Of a stretch of DNA of 64,000 bases, positions 9,527 to 19,594 are shown in pieces; positions within the stretch are counted from its first letter, which is position 1; the number at the start of each line of letters is the position of its first letter. Origin of the DNA: Sulfurimonas sp. (lineage in GTDB: Bacteria > Campylobacterota > Campylobacteria > Campylobacterales > Sulfurimonadaceae); NCBI GenBank assembly GCA_016744115.1, contig JADGEZ010000004.1, forward strand, positions 29,079-93,078. Reading direction: 5' to 3'. The notes beneath the pieces were generated by a model, which was not told the origin of the DNA, made no database searches, and saw nothing but the letters and a program-made list of their open reading frames with translations. Both the position numbers and the translations under genes were made by a program.

Positions 9527-11239
9527 CTAGTATGTTCTAGCTCTAAGCTCATGTTTGCCGAGGACGACATCCATATACTCAAGCGAAATTTTACCATCTT
9601 TATCCATGTAAGCCATAGTGTGTTTTAAGAACTCCTCATCGTTACGAGTGTCAAAGTCTTCTCTAAAGTGAGCACCACGACTTTCATTTCTAGCTACAGC
9701 ACTCTCTACTATGAAAAGTGAATAATCAAGCATGTGACCAAATTCTATAGCTTCTTGAAGTTCAGTATTAAAAACATTTGATTTATCTTTTATTCTAATA
9801 TTTTTATATTTTTTACGAAGTTGTTTAATCGTTTTAATAGCTAAATCTAAAGTTTCCTTACTTCTAAAAGCACCAGCATTAGCTGTCATACATTGTTGGA
9901 GTTCTTCTCTTAAAGTAGGAACATGTTCTTTTCCATTATTTTTGAGAACAAAATTAAGTTCTGCTAAAGCAGTATCTGCATCAGACTCTTGAGCTTTACG
10001 AAGTTTGATTTTATCAATATCGCCAACCATCGTTTTACCAACAAATCTACCAAAGAGTAAAGCCTCAAGAACAGAGTTTGCTCCAAGACGGTTTGCCCCA
10101 TGAACAGATACGCAAGAACATTCACCAGCGGCATAAAAACCTTCGATAAATTCAGTATTATTTTTTCTAGCACGACCAGCAATATCAACGGGAATACCAC
10201 CCATAGAGTAGTGAGCAGTTGCAGAGATGAGTATAGGCTCTTTAATCATGTCTAAACCTAAAAAGGTAATGGCAAGTTCTCGTAACTCAGGAAGTTTTTG
10301 CATAATTAAATCTTTTCCTAAGTGAGTGACATCAATATATACAGCATCTTTTCTAGGACCTACACCACGACCCTCACGAATCTCATTTAAAATGGCTCTA
10401 GCAACCACATCACGAGAAGCTAACTCCATAGCATTTGGAGCGTATTTTTCCATAAATCTTTCGCCCTTAGAATTTAGAAGTCGTCCACCTTCTCCCCTTG
10501 CTGCTTCAGAGATTAAAACACCATTTCCAGATAAACCTGATGGGTGAAATTGTACAAACTCCATATCTTCAAGTGGAAGACCATGACGAGCAACAATAGA
10601 AAGTCCATCCCCTGTATTTGCGTGAGCATTTGAGTTGATTTTATATGATCTTGCATATCCACCTGTTGCGAATATTACTGATTTGGCATTAAAAATTACT
10701 GTTTGCATATCACGAATATTAAAAGCAACAATACCAGAAATTTTTCCATCTTTGTAGATAATATCAGCTACATACCACTCATCCCAAAACTTTACACCAG
10801 CACGATGAGCTTGTTCGTAAATAGTTTGAAGTAAGGTTAAACCTGTTCTATCTTTTGCAAAACAGGCACGAGGAGAGCTTTGCCCACCAAAAGGGCGTTG
10901 AGCAATTTTCCCATCTTCTGTACGGCTAAAAGCAGCACCCATCCTCTCGACCCATCTAATAGTCTCAGGGGCTTTTTGACACATAAATTCAACTGCGTCT
11001 TGATCAGCTAAATAGTCTGAACCTTTTACCGTGTCGAACTCATGAAGTTCTACACTATCATCATCGCTAAAGGCTGCATTAATTCCACCCTGTGCTGCAC
11101 CAGAATGACTTCTTAAAGGGTGTAGTTTTGTGATAACGGCTACTTTTTTCCCTGCTTTTTGTAACTCTCTTGCTGCCGCACAGCCCGCTAGACCTGCACC
11201 AACAACGATGGCATCGTAGGTATAAATTGGAACACTCAT
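9527..11239 (-). CDS. sdhA: Succinate dehydrogenase/fumarate reductase flavoprotein subunit
   Basis: [18 protein letters not shown] fold, [13 protein letters not shown] (covalent FAD His), HPSG and RGEGG motifs. There is no twin-arginine signal at the N-terminus. Confidence 0.9.
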   Translation of the reverse strand: MSVPIYTYDAIVVGAGLAGCAAARELQKAGKKVAVITKLHPLRSHSGAAQGGINAAFSDDDSVELHEFDTVKGSDYLADQDAVEFMCQKAPETIRWVERMGAAFSRTEDGKIAQRPFGGQSSPRACFAKDRTGLTLLQTIYEQAHRAGVKFWDEWYVADIIYKDGKISGIVAFNIRDMQTVIFNAKSVIFATGGYARSYKINSNAHANTGDGLSIVARHGLPLEDMEFVQFHPSGLSGNGVLISEAARGEGGRLLNSKGERFMEKYAPNAMELASRDVVARAILNEIREGRGVGPRKDAVYIDVTHLGKDLIMQKLPELRELAITFLGLDMIKEPILISATAHYSMGGIPVDIAGRARKNNTEFIEGFYAAGECSCVSVHGANRLGANSVLEALLFGRFVGKTMVGDIDKIKLRKAQESDADTALAELNFVLKNNGKEHVPTLREELQQCMTANAGAFRSKETLDLAIKTIKQLRKKYKNIRIKDKSNVFNTELQEAIEFGHMLDYSLFIVESAVARNESRGAHFREDFDTRNDEEFLKHTMAYMDKDGKISLEYMDVVLGKHELRARTY

Positions 11240-11315
11240 TAAACTTCCTTCTAATTTAGAACTAAATAATTTTGATTATATCCTTACTAGACTTTATAAA
11301 GGTTAAAAAACAATT

Positions 11316-12518
11316 TTATTTTAAAATATTTTCAGTTTCAATGATTGTGTTTTTAGTATCTTTAGCAGATGTTTGAAGAAGTTCCTTGGCTTTTTTTATG
11401 GACTCTTCTAACGATAAATTTTGCATTTTTAAAAGAAAACTACCAGTAACTGTAATGTTTATTATCTTTTTTTCTGCAGATAACAAATTTATTTCAGAAA
11501 TATTTTGACGAATAGAATCTACATCTTTGAAAAGTTGATCTTTAGATGTTCTAAAGAGAATAAGTGTAAATTGATTATAGTCAGTTCTTGAAATAATATC
11601 TGTAACCTGTTGATGAAGTGATATAGTATAAGCAACTTTTTTTAAAATACCTAGGGTAAGCTCTTGAGAAAATACTCGATTTGATTTTGAAAAATTATCT
11701 ATTTCGAGGATAGATACACAAGAAAAATTTTGAGTATTTAAGTTTCTTTTTTCAGAGTAAGCTTGTATCATGCCTTTATTGTTAAATAATTCAGTTGCAG
11801 TATCAATCATATTTGGATTATCTGAAATTAAAATTTTTCTTTTCATTTTTAAGTTGATAGAATCAGATTCTTGAAAAAATAATTTTTTATTATTTTCATC
11901 AAAACCAATAGCATACAATCTAAATAAATCTTTATTAATATTTGCTAAGCTATTTTTGTATCTTATGACTATAAAGAGTAAGCTTAAAATCAAGAATGCT
12001 AGTAGGCTAAAAAAAATATTAAAACGATCGCTATCAAAAGCGATATTTTTAACTATCATTTTATCAAGATAGTTAAGTATTTTATGACTAAGCTTGTTAA
12101 TCTCTAGTGATTTTTGATTTTGTTCTAAAATATTTTCTTCAAGTTCAAAATAGGTTTTTATTTTGAGATTATATATGTCAATTAAGTTTTCAAACTTGTA
12201 AAGTTGTTTAGTGTACTTATCTGCATTATTTGTGATGTATTTTGCAATATAGTTGTATTGATTTTGATTGATTTGATTTTGGATTGCATGTTTTAATGTT
12301 GCTATTTTAGCATTAAATTTTATTAAATCAAGGGTATTTGATTCTTCTTGTTTTTGTACTATTTCTAATAAAATAGCTTTTTGCTGTTTTAAAGTTTCAA
12401 ATTTTTTATAGGAATATAATTGTTCAAGCGAAAATAAAAATATAATAAAAGCCAAGGCTAAAATTATTAATAAAAAAAAGTTTAAATTTTTAAATACATT
12501 TTTAATTGATGGCTTCAA
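11316..12518 (-). CDS. Membrane protein with coiled-coil region and a degenerate GGDEF-like C-terminal domain
   Basis: Two TM helices. The C-terminal VSILEIDNFSKSNRVFSQELTLGILKKVA..IISRTDYNQFTLILF parallels the GGDEF fold (LDIDxFKxxND..G..VL..VA..RxGGDEF), but has DYNQF in place of GGDEF. Confidence 0.55.
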   Translation of the reverse strand: MKPSIKNVFKNLNFFLLIILALAFIIFLFSLEQLYSYKKFETLKQQKAILLEIVQKQEESNTLDLIKFNAKIATLKHAIQNQINQNQYNYIAKYITNNADKYTKQLYKFENLIDIYNLKIKTYFELEENILEQNQKSLEINKLSHKILNYLDKMIVKNIAFDSDRFNIFFSLLAFLILSLLFIVIRYKNSLANINKDLFRLYAIGFDENNKKLFFQESDSINLKMKRKILISDNPNMIDTATELFNNKGMIQAYSEKRNLNTQNFSCVSILEIDNFSKSNRVFSQELTLGILKKVAYTISLHQQVTDIISRTDYNQFTLILFRTSKDQLFKDVDSIRQNISEINLLSAEKKIINITVTGSFLLKMQNLSLEESIKKAKELLQTSAKDTKNTIIETENILK

Positions 12519-12619
12519 TAAATTCTCCTAAAATGTTATAATACAAAGTATTTTATATTTATAGTCATTAAAACATACTTAATCATAAGTGATTTAGTGC
12601 TTATAAAAAAGAGGGTAGT

Positions 12620-13444
12620 TTGAATTTAGAAGAGTATTTTATATCCCTTTTTGATAATAAACGCATTGGCAATGATGGTGCAGTTGTAGGTGAATATGTA
12701 TATTCAAAAGATGCTTTTTTTGAAAATGTACATTTTAAAACTGCTTGGATGAATCATTATCAAATCGCACGTAAGGCTATGCTCATAAATATATCTGATG
12801 CTATTGCTATGAATGCAAATCCAAAATATGCACTCTTAAGCGTAGCAATGCCGAGTTCTATTAGTAAAAAACAGATGAGAGACTTAGCCTTAGGATTTAG
12901 AGATGTTGCAAAGGAGTTTTCTGTAGAGATAATAGGTGGGGATACTATAAGTAGTACAAAGTTAGATATCACTATAACTATTATTTCAAAAACGAAAAAT
13001 CCTTTACTTAGAAATAGTGTTAGAAAGGGTGACATTATTGCCTTTACAGGAAAGCTTGGAAATTCTGCAAAAGATTTAAAAAAGCTTCTTAATGGAGGAA
13101 AAATACATCTTAAGTCAAAGTTTATAAATATCAAACTTAGAAATAAGTTTATTCAAAACAGTTCAAGATACCTAAGTGGCGGAATGGATATATCAGATGG
13201 TTTATTTAGTGATTTAGAAAAACTGAGTAAATCAAGTAGCATAGGTTATAAATTTTGTAAAGACATAGATAATAGGGTAGGGTGTAGTGGTGAAGAATAC
13301 GAGATGCTAGTGTCGTTTTTTCCAAGACAGAGAAAAGCTATGATTAGAAGAGCTAAGATGAGTCGAACTGATTTAAATATAATTGCAGTCGCTCAACGAG
13401 TGGGGTACACAAACAGATGTAAATCACATCATTTTAAAAGGTAG
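12620..13444 (+). CDS. thiL: Thiamine-monophosphate kinase
   Basis: AIR-synthase-like fold: IGNDGAVV, NISDAIAMNANP, IIGGDT and GMDISDGL. TTG start preceded by GAGGG. Confidence 0.8.
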   Translation: MNLEEYFISLFDNKRIGNDGAVVGEYVYSKDAFFENVHFKTAWMNHYQIARKAMLINISDAIAMNANPKYALLSVAMPSSISKKQMRDLALGFRDVAKEFSVEIIGGDTISSTKLDITITIISKTKNPLLRNSVRKGDIIAFTGKLGNSAKDLKKLLNGGKIHLKSKFINIKLRNKFIQNSSRYLSGGMDISDGLFSDLEKLSKSSSIGYKFCKDIDNRVGCSGEEYEMLVSFFPRQRKAMIRRAKMSRTDLNIIAVAQRVGYTNRCKSHHFKR

Positions 13445-13447
13445 GTA

Positions 13448-14521
13448 ATGGACAGATTTTATTCGCTTGGTCATTCAAGTATAGATTTTCACTTTAAGCA
13501 AACGCCAAGAGACTTTGTTGTTGAGGAGATTCCTTTGTATGAATTTTCTAATGAGGGCGAACACTTAGTTATATTTGTAAGAAAAAAAAACCTTTCAACC
13601 TCTGAAATGCTAGGGATTTTTGCCAGATACTTAGGGATTAAAAACAGAGATATAGGGTATGCAGGTTTAAAAGATAAACATGCAATGACAAAACAATACA
13701 TATCTATACATAAACAACATGAAACAGCTCTTGAAAATTTTGAGCATGAGGGGATTAAAATACTCTCAAAGGTGTATCATAATAATAAGATTAAAATAGG
13801 ACATTTAAAGGCAAATAGATTTTACATAAAACTTAAAAAAGTAAATCCTACAAGTGCTTTAAAGTTAGATGAGGCTTTAAAAAATATTTCTAAATTTGGA
13901 ATACCTAATTATTTTGGTTATCAAAGGTTTGGAAATGATGGAGACAATCATATAGATGGTGAAAAAATTGCAAAAGGTCAAAAAAAAGAACGTAACCCAA
14001 GAGTAAAAAAACTTTTAATAAATGCGTACCAAAGTCATCTATTTAACATGTGGCTAAGTCGCCGTTTAGAGATAAACACCTTAGTTTCAAGTTTTCAAGC
14101 AAAAGAGTTAGAATCTCTTTTAAATATGCCGCTCGATCAAATAAAAAAACTACAAGATCAAAAGCATCCTTTTAAAGTCCTGCTAGGCGATATAATGGAG
14201 CATTACCCTTATGGAAGGTTGTTCGATTATGATGGAAGTGATGAAGATCTAGAACGCTTTAATGCTAGAGATATTTCTGTAACGGGAATGTTATGTGGTA
14301 AAAAGGTAAAAATGTCTTCTGATACCGCAGGTCAAATAGAAAAAGATTTTGATGATGAAATAAATGCAGATGGGGCAAGAAGATATGCTTGGATTTATCC
14401 AACAGGAGTTGAGGGTAGGTTTAATCCTATTGAGGCTCAATATGAACTAAACTTCACTTTACCTAAAGGCTCTTATGCTACCGTACTGATTGAAGAATTA
14501 GCTAAGAAAAAAATGAATTAG
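13448..14521 (+). CDS. truD: tRNA pseudouridine(13) synthase
   Basis: FKQTPRDFVVEE, GYAGLKDKHAMTKQYIS and NYFGYQRFG are TruD motifs. Confidence 0.9.
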   Translation: MDRFYSLGHSSIDFHFKQTPRDFVVEEIPLYEFSNEGEHLVIFVRKKNLSTSEMLGIFARYLGIKNRDIGYAGLKDKHAMTKQYISIHKQHETALENFEHEGIKILSKVYHNNKIKIGHLKANRFYIKLKKVNPTSALKLDEALKNISKFGIPNYFGYQRFGNDGDNHIDGEKIAKGQKKERNPRVKKLLINAYQSHLFNMWLSRRLEINTLVSSFQAKELESLLNMPLDQIKKLQDQKHPFKVLLGDIMEHYPYGRLFDYDGSDEDLERFNARDISVTGMLCGKKVKMSSDTAGQIEKDFDDEINADGARRYAWIYPTGVEGRFNPIEAQYELNFTLPKGSYATVLIEELAKKKMN

Positions 14522-14534
14522 GATTAAAAAACAA

Positions 14535-15356
14535 ATGAACAAAAGACATATAACATCTCTCATCTCTCAAAATTTTGGAAAATTTGCTTCAAAAGAGTTT
14601 CCCAAATGGTTTCAAAAAATAGTAAATAACTCTTATGTCCAACTGATGGGTCTTGATATGAGTGATTTTCATTCCCCTTGTACATATAAAAGTTTAAATG
14701 CTCTTTTTACAAGACGCTTGCGTGAAGATAGAAAGTTTTCTCTTGATGGAAGTGACTTTATATCACCATGTGATTCTTTTATTTCTGAATGTGGAATTAT
14801 GAAAGATGATTACGCTCTTCAGATTAAAGGTATGGAGTATAAATGTGATGATTTCATAGGGAGTGAATTTACTCAAGAAGAAAAAAATGTAATACATGAT
14901 GGTACATTTTTAAATTTTTACCTTTCCCCAAAAGACTATCATCGTTACCATATTCCAACGAACTTGAAAGTACTCAAAGCTGTACATATTCCTGGAAAAT
15001 TTTATCCTGTAAATATGCCCTCACTTAGAAAAAGGCTTAATCTATTTATAGAAAATGAAAGAGTGGTAATCCATTGCGAAACAAGTTCAGGGAAAAAGTT
15101 TTTTATGATTTTAGTAAGTGCTTTAAATGTTGGTGTGATGCAAGTTTCGTTTGAAAAACTCATTCAAACAAATGCAGTAGCAAGTACTCCTAAATCTTAT
15201 GAGTTTAAAGATTTATATTTAAATAAAGGCGATGACTTTGGATGTTTTGAGATGGGCTCTACTATTATTGTTATTGCACAAAAAGGTATGCTAGAACTTA
15301 CTGTATCCGCAGGTGAAGATGTTAAGTATGCCCAAACGATAGCAAAATTAATTTAG
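14535..15356 (+). CDS. psd: Phosphatidylserine decarboxylase proenzyme
   Basis: YHRYH motif and FEMGSTIIV (G-S self-cleavage site). Confidence 0.85.
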   Translation: MNKRHITSLISQNFGKFASKEFPKWFQKIVNNSYVQLMGLDMSDFHSPCTYKSLNALFTRRLREDRKFSLDGSDFISPCDSFISECGIMKDDYALQIKGMEYKCDDFIGSEFTQEEKNVIHDGTFLNFYLSPKDYHRYHIPTNLKVLKAVHIPGKFYPVNMPSLRKRLNLFIENERVVIHCETSSGKKFFMILVSALNVGVMQVSFEKLIQTNAVASTPKSYEFKDLYLNKGDDFGCFEMGSTIIVIAQKGMLELTVSAGEDVKYAQTIAKLI

Positions 15357-15357
15357 G

Positions 15358-16134
15358 TTGAATTTGATGAATAAAGAAAAATTAATAGAATCTATCTTTG
15401 CCAAGAAGTTTATTTTTGAAAAAGAAGTATTAAGCATTAAGTCAGAAAAAGACAAATCTGAAATTATGCATATTTTAGCTACAAATCTTGTCCATGATAT
15501 TTTAAAAGAACATCTTAACTTTGTGTATCTAAATAAGCTTTCAGATTTTACACTCAAACATATTGTAAATATTCTTTTTAAAGAGATAGCAAGTGAATGG
15601 GTAATGTTTGCCATGGAGGTATTAGACTACTCCAAGGATGAGGCTTTAGACGAGTTACAAAAATCAAAGAGAATAAAGTATGTTCACAGTTTAGCAGAGG
15701 ATTATTATAAAAATTATAAAGAGTTTTTTTATTTAGAGATATCGGATTCTTTTATAGAATTATTAGGGTTAATGAGTCCCACAAGCGATAAAGTTAAGTT
15801 AGTAAATGCTGTAATTAACAGCGACTTAATGGCAAATAGAAGTGTTTTAAATATAAATAATTTTGAGCAATTATATCAAAGAGTCGAAGCCGCAAAAAAT
15901 GCAAAAAATATTCAAGTTAGAACCTTACAAGCAAAACTATCAAATATTTTAAAAGAATTGAATTCTAAAGATATAAGTGCAAAGAAAAAAGAAGATTTAT
16001 TACTTGTACTCCCAAAATATGAAGAAAAGAACAAGGAAATAACTGAGAAAAAACTCGAAACTTTTGACCCAAGTTTACAAAGAGTTCAAATGGCTATTTT
16101 TAACTCTTTAAAAAATGGATCAAATAAAACCTAG
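15358..16134 (+). CDS. Hypothetical protein (helical, Lys-rich C-terminus)
   Basis: ORF tightly following psd. Start is ambiguous (TTG at 15358 or ATG at 15367). No recognisable motif. Confidence 0.45.
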   Translation: MNLMNKEKLIESIFAKKFIFEKEVLSIKSEKDKSEIMHILATNLVHDILKEHLNFVYLNKLSDFTLKHIVNILFKEIASEWVMFAMEVLDYSKDEALDELQKSKRIKYVHSLAEDYYKNYKEFFYLEISDSFIELLGLMSPTSDKVKLVNAVINSDLMANRSVLNINNFEQLYQRVEAAKNAKNIQVRTLQAKLSNILKELNSKDISAKKKEDLLLVLPKYEEKNKEITEKKLETFDPSLQRVQMAIFNSLKNGSNKT

Positions 16135-17231
16135 AGATTAAATCTAAAGTGCATAACATCACCATCTTGCACTATATACTCTTTGCCCTCTAGTCGCATT
16201 TTACCAGCCTCTTTAGCCTTGCCTTCACCACCACATTCTATGTAGTCCTTGTAAGCTATCACTTCTGCTCGAATAAAACCCTTCTCGAAATCATTATGAA
16301 TAGCAGCAGCTGCACGAGGAGCAGTTGAGTTTTGTTTGATGGTCCATGCACGAACCTCTTTAACGCCAGCTGTAAAGTAGCTCATTAAACCGAGTTTAGC
16401 AAAGCCTTTGTGAATAATTTGCTCTAAACCAGATTCTTCTACACCTAAGTCTGTTAAAAACTCTTGTGATTCTTCATCTTCTAGCCCAATCAATTCTTCT
16501 TCAACTTTTGCACAGAGTTTAATAAGTTCACAGTTGTTTTTTTGAGCATGTTCTTTGAGTACTTTAAGATATTCATTATCTTCTAAAAGACCATCTTCAT
16601 CAGTATTTGCACCGTACATAATCTCTTTATCTGTTAAAAATCTAACTTGATTATTGAGCTGTCTATAAATATCGCTATCTGCATTAGCGAAGTTACGAGC
16701 TAAATTTCCATCTGCTAAAAATTCTATCAGTTCTTCTGCCATCTCAAGAGAAGCTTTTGCAGATTTATCCGCTTTAGCCTGTTTTTTAAGTCTGTCGATT
16801 CTATTTGATAAAACTTCTATATCTGCTAAAATAAGTTCGCCCTCTATAATCTCAACATCTCTTAGCGGATCAATATTTCCCTCAGTATGAATAATATTTT
16901 CATCTTCAAAACATCTCACAATTTGAAGAATAACTTCTGTCTCACGGATATTGGAGAGAAATTTATTTCCAAGTCCCTCACCCTTTGAAGCACCTTTTAC
17001 AAGACCTGCAATATCAACAAAATCAAGAGTAGAATACTGAATCTTTTGAGGATTAACTATTTTTGCTAACTCAGCTAACCTTTTATCGGGAACAGGAACT
17101 ATTGCTTTATTTGGCTCTATCGTACAAAAAGGATAATTTGCCGCTTCTGCATTTTGTGCTTTTGTGAGTGCGTTGAAAGTTGTTGATTTACCTACATTTG
17201 GAAGTCCTACAAGACCGATTGCTAAACCCAT
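16131..17231 (-). CDS. ychF: Ribosome-binding ATPase YchF (Obg-like GTPase family)
   Basis: [28 protein letters not shown] and the C-terminal TGS-like ..[20 protein letters not shown]. Confidence 0.92.
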   Translation of the reverse strand: MGLAIGLVGLPNVGKSTTFNALTKAQNAEAANYPFCTIEPNKAIVPVPDKRLAELAKIVNPQKIQYSTLDFVDIAGLVKGASKGEGLGNKFLSNIRETEVILQIVRCFEDENIIHTEGNIDPLRDVEIIEGELILADIEVLSNRIDRLKKQAKADKSAKASLEMAEELIEFLADGNLARNFANADSDIYRQLNNQVRFLTDKEIMYGANTDEDGLLEDNEYLKVLKEHAQKNNCELIKLCAKVEEELIGLEDEESQEFLTDLGVEESGLEQIIHKGFAKLGLMSYFTAGVKEVRAWTIKQNSTAPRAAAAIHNDFEKGFIRAEVIAYKDYIECGGEGKAKEAGKMRLEGKEYIVQDGDVMHFRFNL

Positions 17232-17530
17232 AAATCACCTTTATATAATAATTTTGCGATTATAGCTAAATCTAACTTTGAGTATCCACGGGGATTTATA
17301 ATGTCCCTAGAAAAATCAGGTTAATCCGATGAAGTATTTCATGAAGCCCATAAACAGGATGTTTACTGATTCATTATAAGCTATTTTTAAGAATTATACT
17401 TTTAGTTATTTTCTTTTTCTAAAAACATAAAGCCCTAAAATATAATGTCCTCCATTGTCAAGACCACTTAACTAAGTTTTCTTATTCCATCAAACTACGA
17501 TACTTTTTGTAACAAGTTCCTGTTTAAATT

Positions 17531-17670
17531 ATTAATAGCTAATGGAAAGTACACTGCAAGGTATAAGGCGAAAGTTCGCAGGAGCTGCTAGTAGCTTTAA
17601 GAACTTTTAATGCAGTAGATTGTAGTGTATCTTTTCATTAGCTATGAAGTTATTTATGCCCTATTACTTA
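17531..17670 (+). repeat. Truncated derivative of the 268-bp nested-palindrome element (degenerate left end + hairpin module 1 + intact right TIR; module 2 absent)
   Basis: ..ATAGCTAATGGAAAGTACACTGCAAGGTATAAGGCGAAAGTTCGCAGGAGCTGCTAGTAGCTTTAAGAACTTTTAATGCAGTAGATTGTAGTGTATCTTTTCA joined directly to TTAGCTATGAAGTTATTTATGCCCTATTACTTA. Confidence 0.8.
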
Positions 17671-17758
17671 TAATAAAACTTTTTAGGTAAAAAATCACTA
17701 TGTTTATTTTATGTTTTTCTAGTACCATTATACATATTAACAGTTACAGGGCTAAAAA

Positions 17759-19534
17759 TTGAGCAGACGAAACAAAAACAAACAACCTCCTAGAGATACA
17801 CTAACATTTAGTGAAAAAGATTTTTTACCAACGACTAGATCAGATATGGATGCTAGAGCTTGGGATTATTGCGATATTATTCTTGTGAGTGGTGATGCTT
17901 ATATAGATTCTCCTTTTATCGGTGTTGCCATGGTTGGGCGTATGCTTGAAAAACTCGGCTATAAGGTTGGTATGATTGGTCAGCCTGATGTGAAATCTCC
18001 TGATGATATCATGCGTCTAGGAGAGCCTCGTCTTTACTGGGGCGTGAGTGGTGGTAGTGTTGATTCTATGGTTTCAAACTATACGGCTACAAAAAAATTT
18101 AGAAATTCAGATGATTATACACCTGGTGGAAAAAACAACAAACGCCCAGATCGTGCTTTGAGTGTATATTGCAATCTTATAAGAAGATATTTTAAAGATA
18201 CTGTTCCTTTAGTTTTAGGAGGGATAGAAGCGAGTTTAAGGCGTGTGACTCATTATGACTACTGGTCAAACAAACTTAAAAAACCTATTCTTTTTGATTC
18301 TAAGGCTGATGTTCTTATCTATGGTATGGGCGAGATTGCTTTAGAACAACTCAGTCTTGCTATCTCTCAAAAAAGAGACTATACAGATATTCGTGGAATT
18401 TGCTATATCTCTAAAGAGCCAAATTATGAGTTCCATCAGCTTCCATCTCACGGAGAATGTTTAGAAGATAAAGAAAAATATATAGATTTATTTGACTTAT
18501 TTTATGATAACAATGACCCCATAGCAGCAAAGGGTTTATGTCAAAAAGTCGATACAAGATTTTTAATCCAAAATCCCCCTTGTGATTATCTTAATGAGCA
18601 GGAGATGGATGCTAATTCCAATCTTCCATTTACAAGGGAGTTACACCCTTATTATGCAAAACAAGGCAAGGTAAAATGTTTAGAAACTATCAAATTTTCA
18701 ATCATGACGCATCATGGCTGTTGGGGAGAGTGTAATTTTTGTGCTATCGGTGTGCATCAAGGGCGTACAATACGAACTCGTTCAGAAGATAACATCTTAA
18801 AAGAAGCAAAAGATTTTAATAATTATAAAGATTATAAAGGTATCATTTCTGATGTTGGTGGTCCTACGGCAAATATGTATGGGTATGAGTGTGGTAAAAA
18901 ACTCAAACTTGGAACTTGTGATCACCAAAGATGTGTGGATGCTAGTCATCTTTGCAAGTCAATGAAAGTAGATCATAGTAGAAATATAAATCTTCTTCGT
19001 CAAGTAAGACAGGTTGAGGGTGTGAGAAAAGCTTTTGTTGCCTCAGGTGTAAGATATGATCTCATTACAGAAGATAAAAAACATGGATATGACTACTTAA
19101 AAGAGATGGTAAAACATCATATTTCAGGGCAGATGAAAGTAGCACCAGAGCATACACAACAGCATGTTTTAGAGCTTATGGGCAAACCAGGAAAACAAAC
19201 TCTCATAGATTTTAAAAAACTTTACGACAAGTTAAACAAAGAAGAGGGTAAAAATCAATTTTTGACCTACTATCTTATAGCCGCTCACCCTGGCTGTGAA
19301 GACAAAGATATGCACGAGTTAAAAAGGTTTACTACTGATGAACTTCAAATGAATCCAGAACAAGCACAAGTCTTCACTCCAACTCCTGGAACTTACTCGG
19401 CTGTGATGTACTATACAGAACTAGACCCAGTAACAAGAAAAAAGATTTTTGTTGAAAAAGATACTAAAAGAAAAGAAAAACAAAAAGAAATCGTAGTAGC
19501 AAAAGATAATTTCTCTAGTGGATTTGCTTCTTAA
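17759..19534 (+). CDS. ygiQ: YgiQ-family radical SAM protein (UPF0313)
   Basis: N-terminal FLPTTRSDMDARAWDYCDIILVSGDAYIDSPFIG parallels E. coli YgiQ. Radical-SAM-like cluster motif CWGECNFCAI. TTG start. Confidence 0.8.
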   Translation: MSRRNKNKQPPRDTLTFSEKDFLPTTRSDMDARAWDYCDIILVSGDAYIDSPFIGVAMVGRMLEKLGYKVGMIGQPDVKSPDDIMRLGEPRLYWGVSGGSVDSMVSNYTATKKFRNSDDYTPGGKNNKRPDRALSVYCNLIRRYFKDTVPLVLGGIEASLRRVTHYDYWSNKLKKPILFDSKADVLIYGMGEIALEQLSLAISQKRDYTDIRGICYISKEPNYEFHQLPSHGECLEDKEKYIDLFDLFYDNNDPIAAKGLCQKVDTRFLIQNPPCDYLNEQEMDANSNLPFTRELHPYYAKQGKVKCLETIKFSIMTHHGCWGECNFCAIGVHQGRTIRTRSEDNILKEAKDFNNYKDYKGIISDVGGPTANMYGYECGKKLKLGTCDHQRCVDASHLCKSMKVDHSRNINLLRQVRQVEGVRKAFVASGVRYDLITEDKKHGYDYLKEMVKHHISGQMKVAPEHTQQHVLELMGKPGKQTLIDFKKLYDKLNKEEGKNQFLTYYLIAAHPGCEDKDMHELKRFTTDELQMNPEQAQVFTPTPGTYSAVMYYTELDPVTRKKIFVEKDTKRKEKQKEIVVAKDNFSSGFAS

Positions 19535-19594
19535 ATATATAAACATTTATAATTATTTGTGTACAATAACTTAAATAGACTAGAGGATTCTAAA

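Noticed and set aside
9443-10547. Small ORFs 9443-9628(+), 9964-10200(-) and 10326-10547(+)
   Set aside because: All lie inside or antisense to the well-supported sdhA/sdhB genes and have low-complexity translations.
7637-11239. Annotating the sdh-like cluster as periplasmic MfrABE
   Set aside because: The flavoprotein lacks any twin-arginine leader, so the Campylobacter jejuni Mfr model does not transfer directly.
12760-13134. 124-aa minus-strand ORF
   Set aside because: Antisense to thiL, with a hydrophobic, low-complexity translation.
17232-17758. Long 527-bp divergent intergenic region checked for tRNA, tmRNA, RNase P, SRP RNA or riboswitch signatures
   Set aside because: I found no conserved cores by eye (e.g. 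GGTTCGAATCC-type T-loops, the RNase P GAGGAAAGTCC, or thi-box CTGAGA). The content is explained by the 20-mer and the truncated element. A covariance-model scan would be needed to exclude an sRNA.
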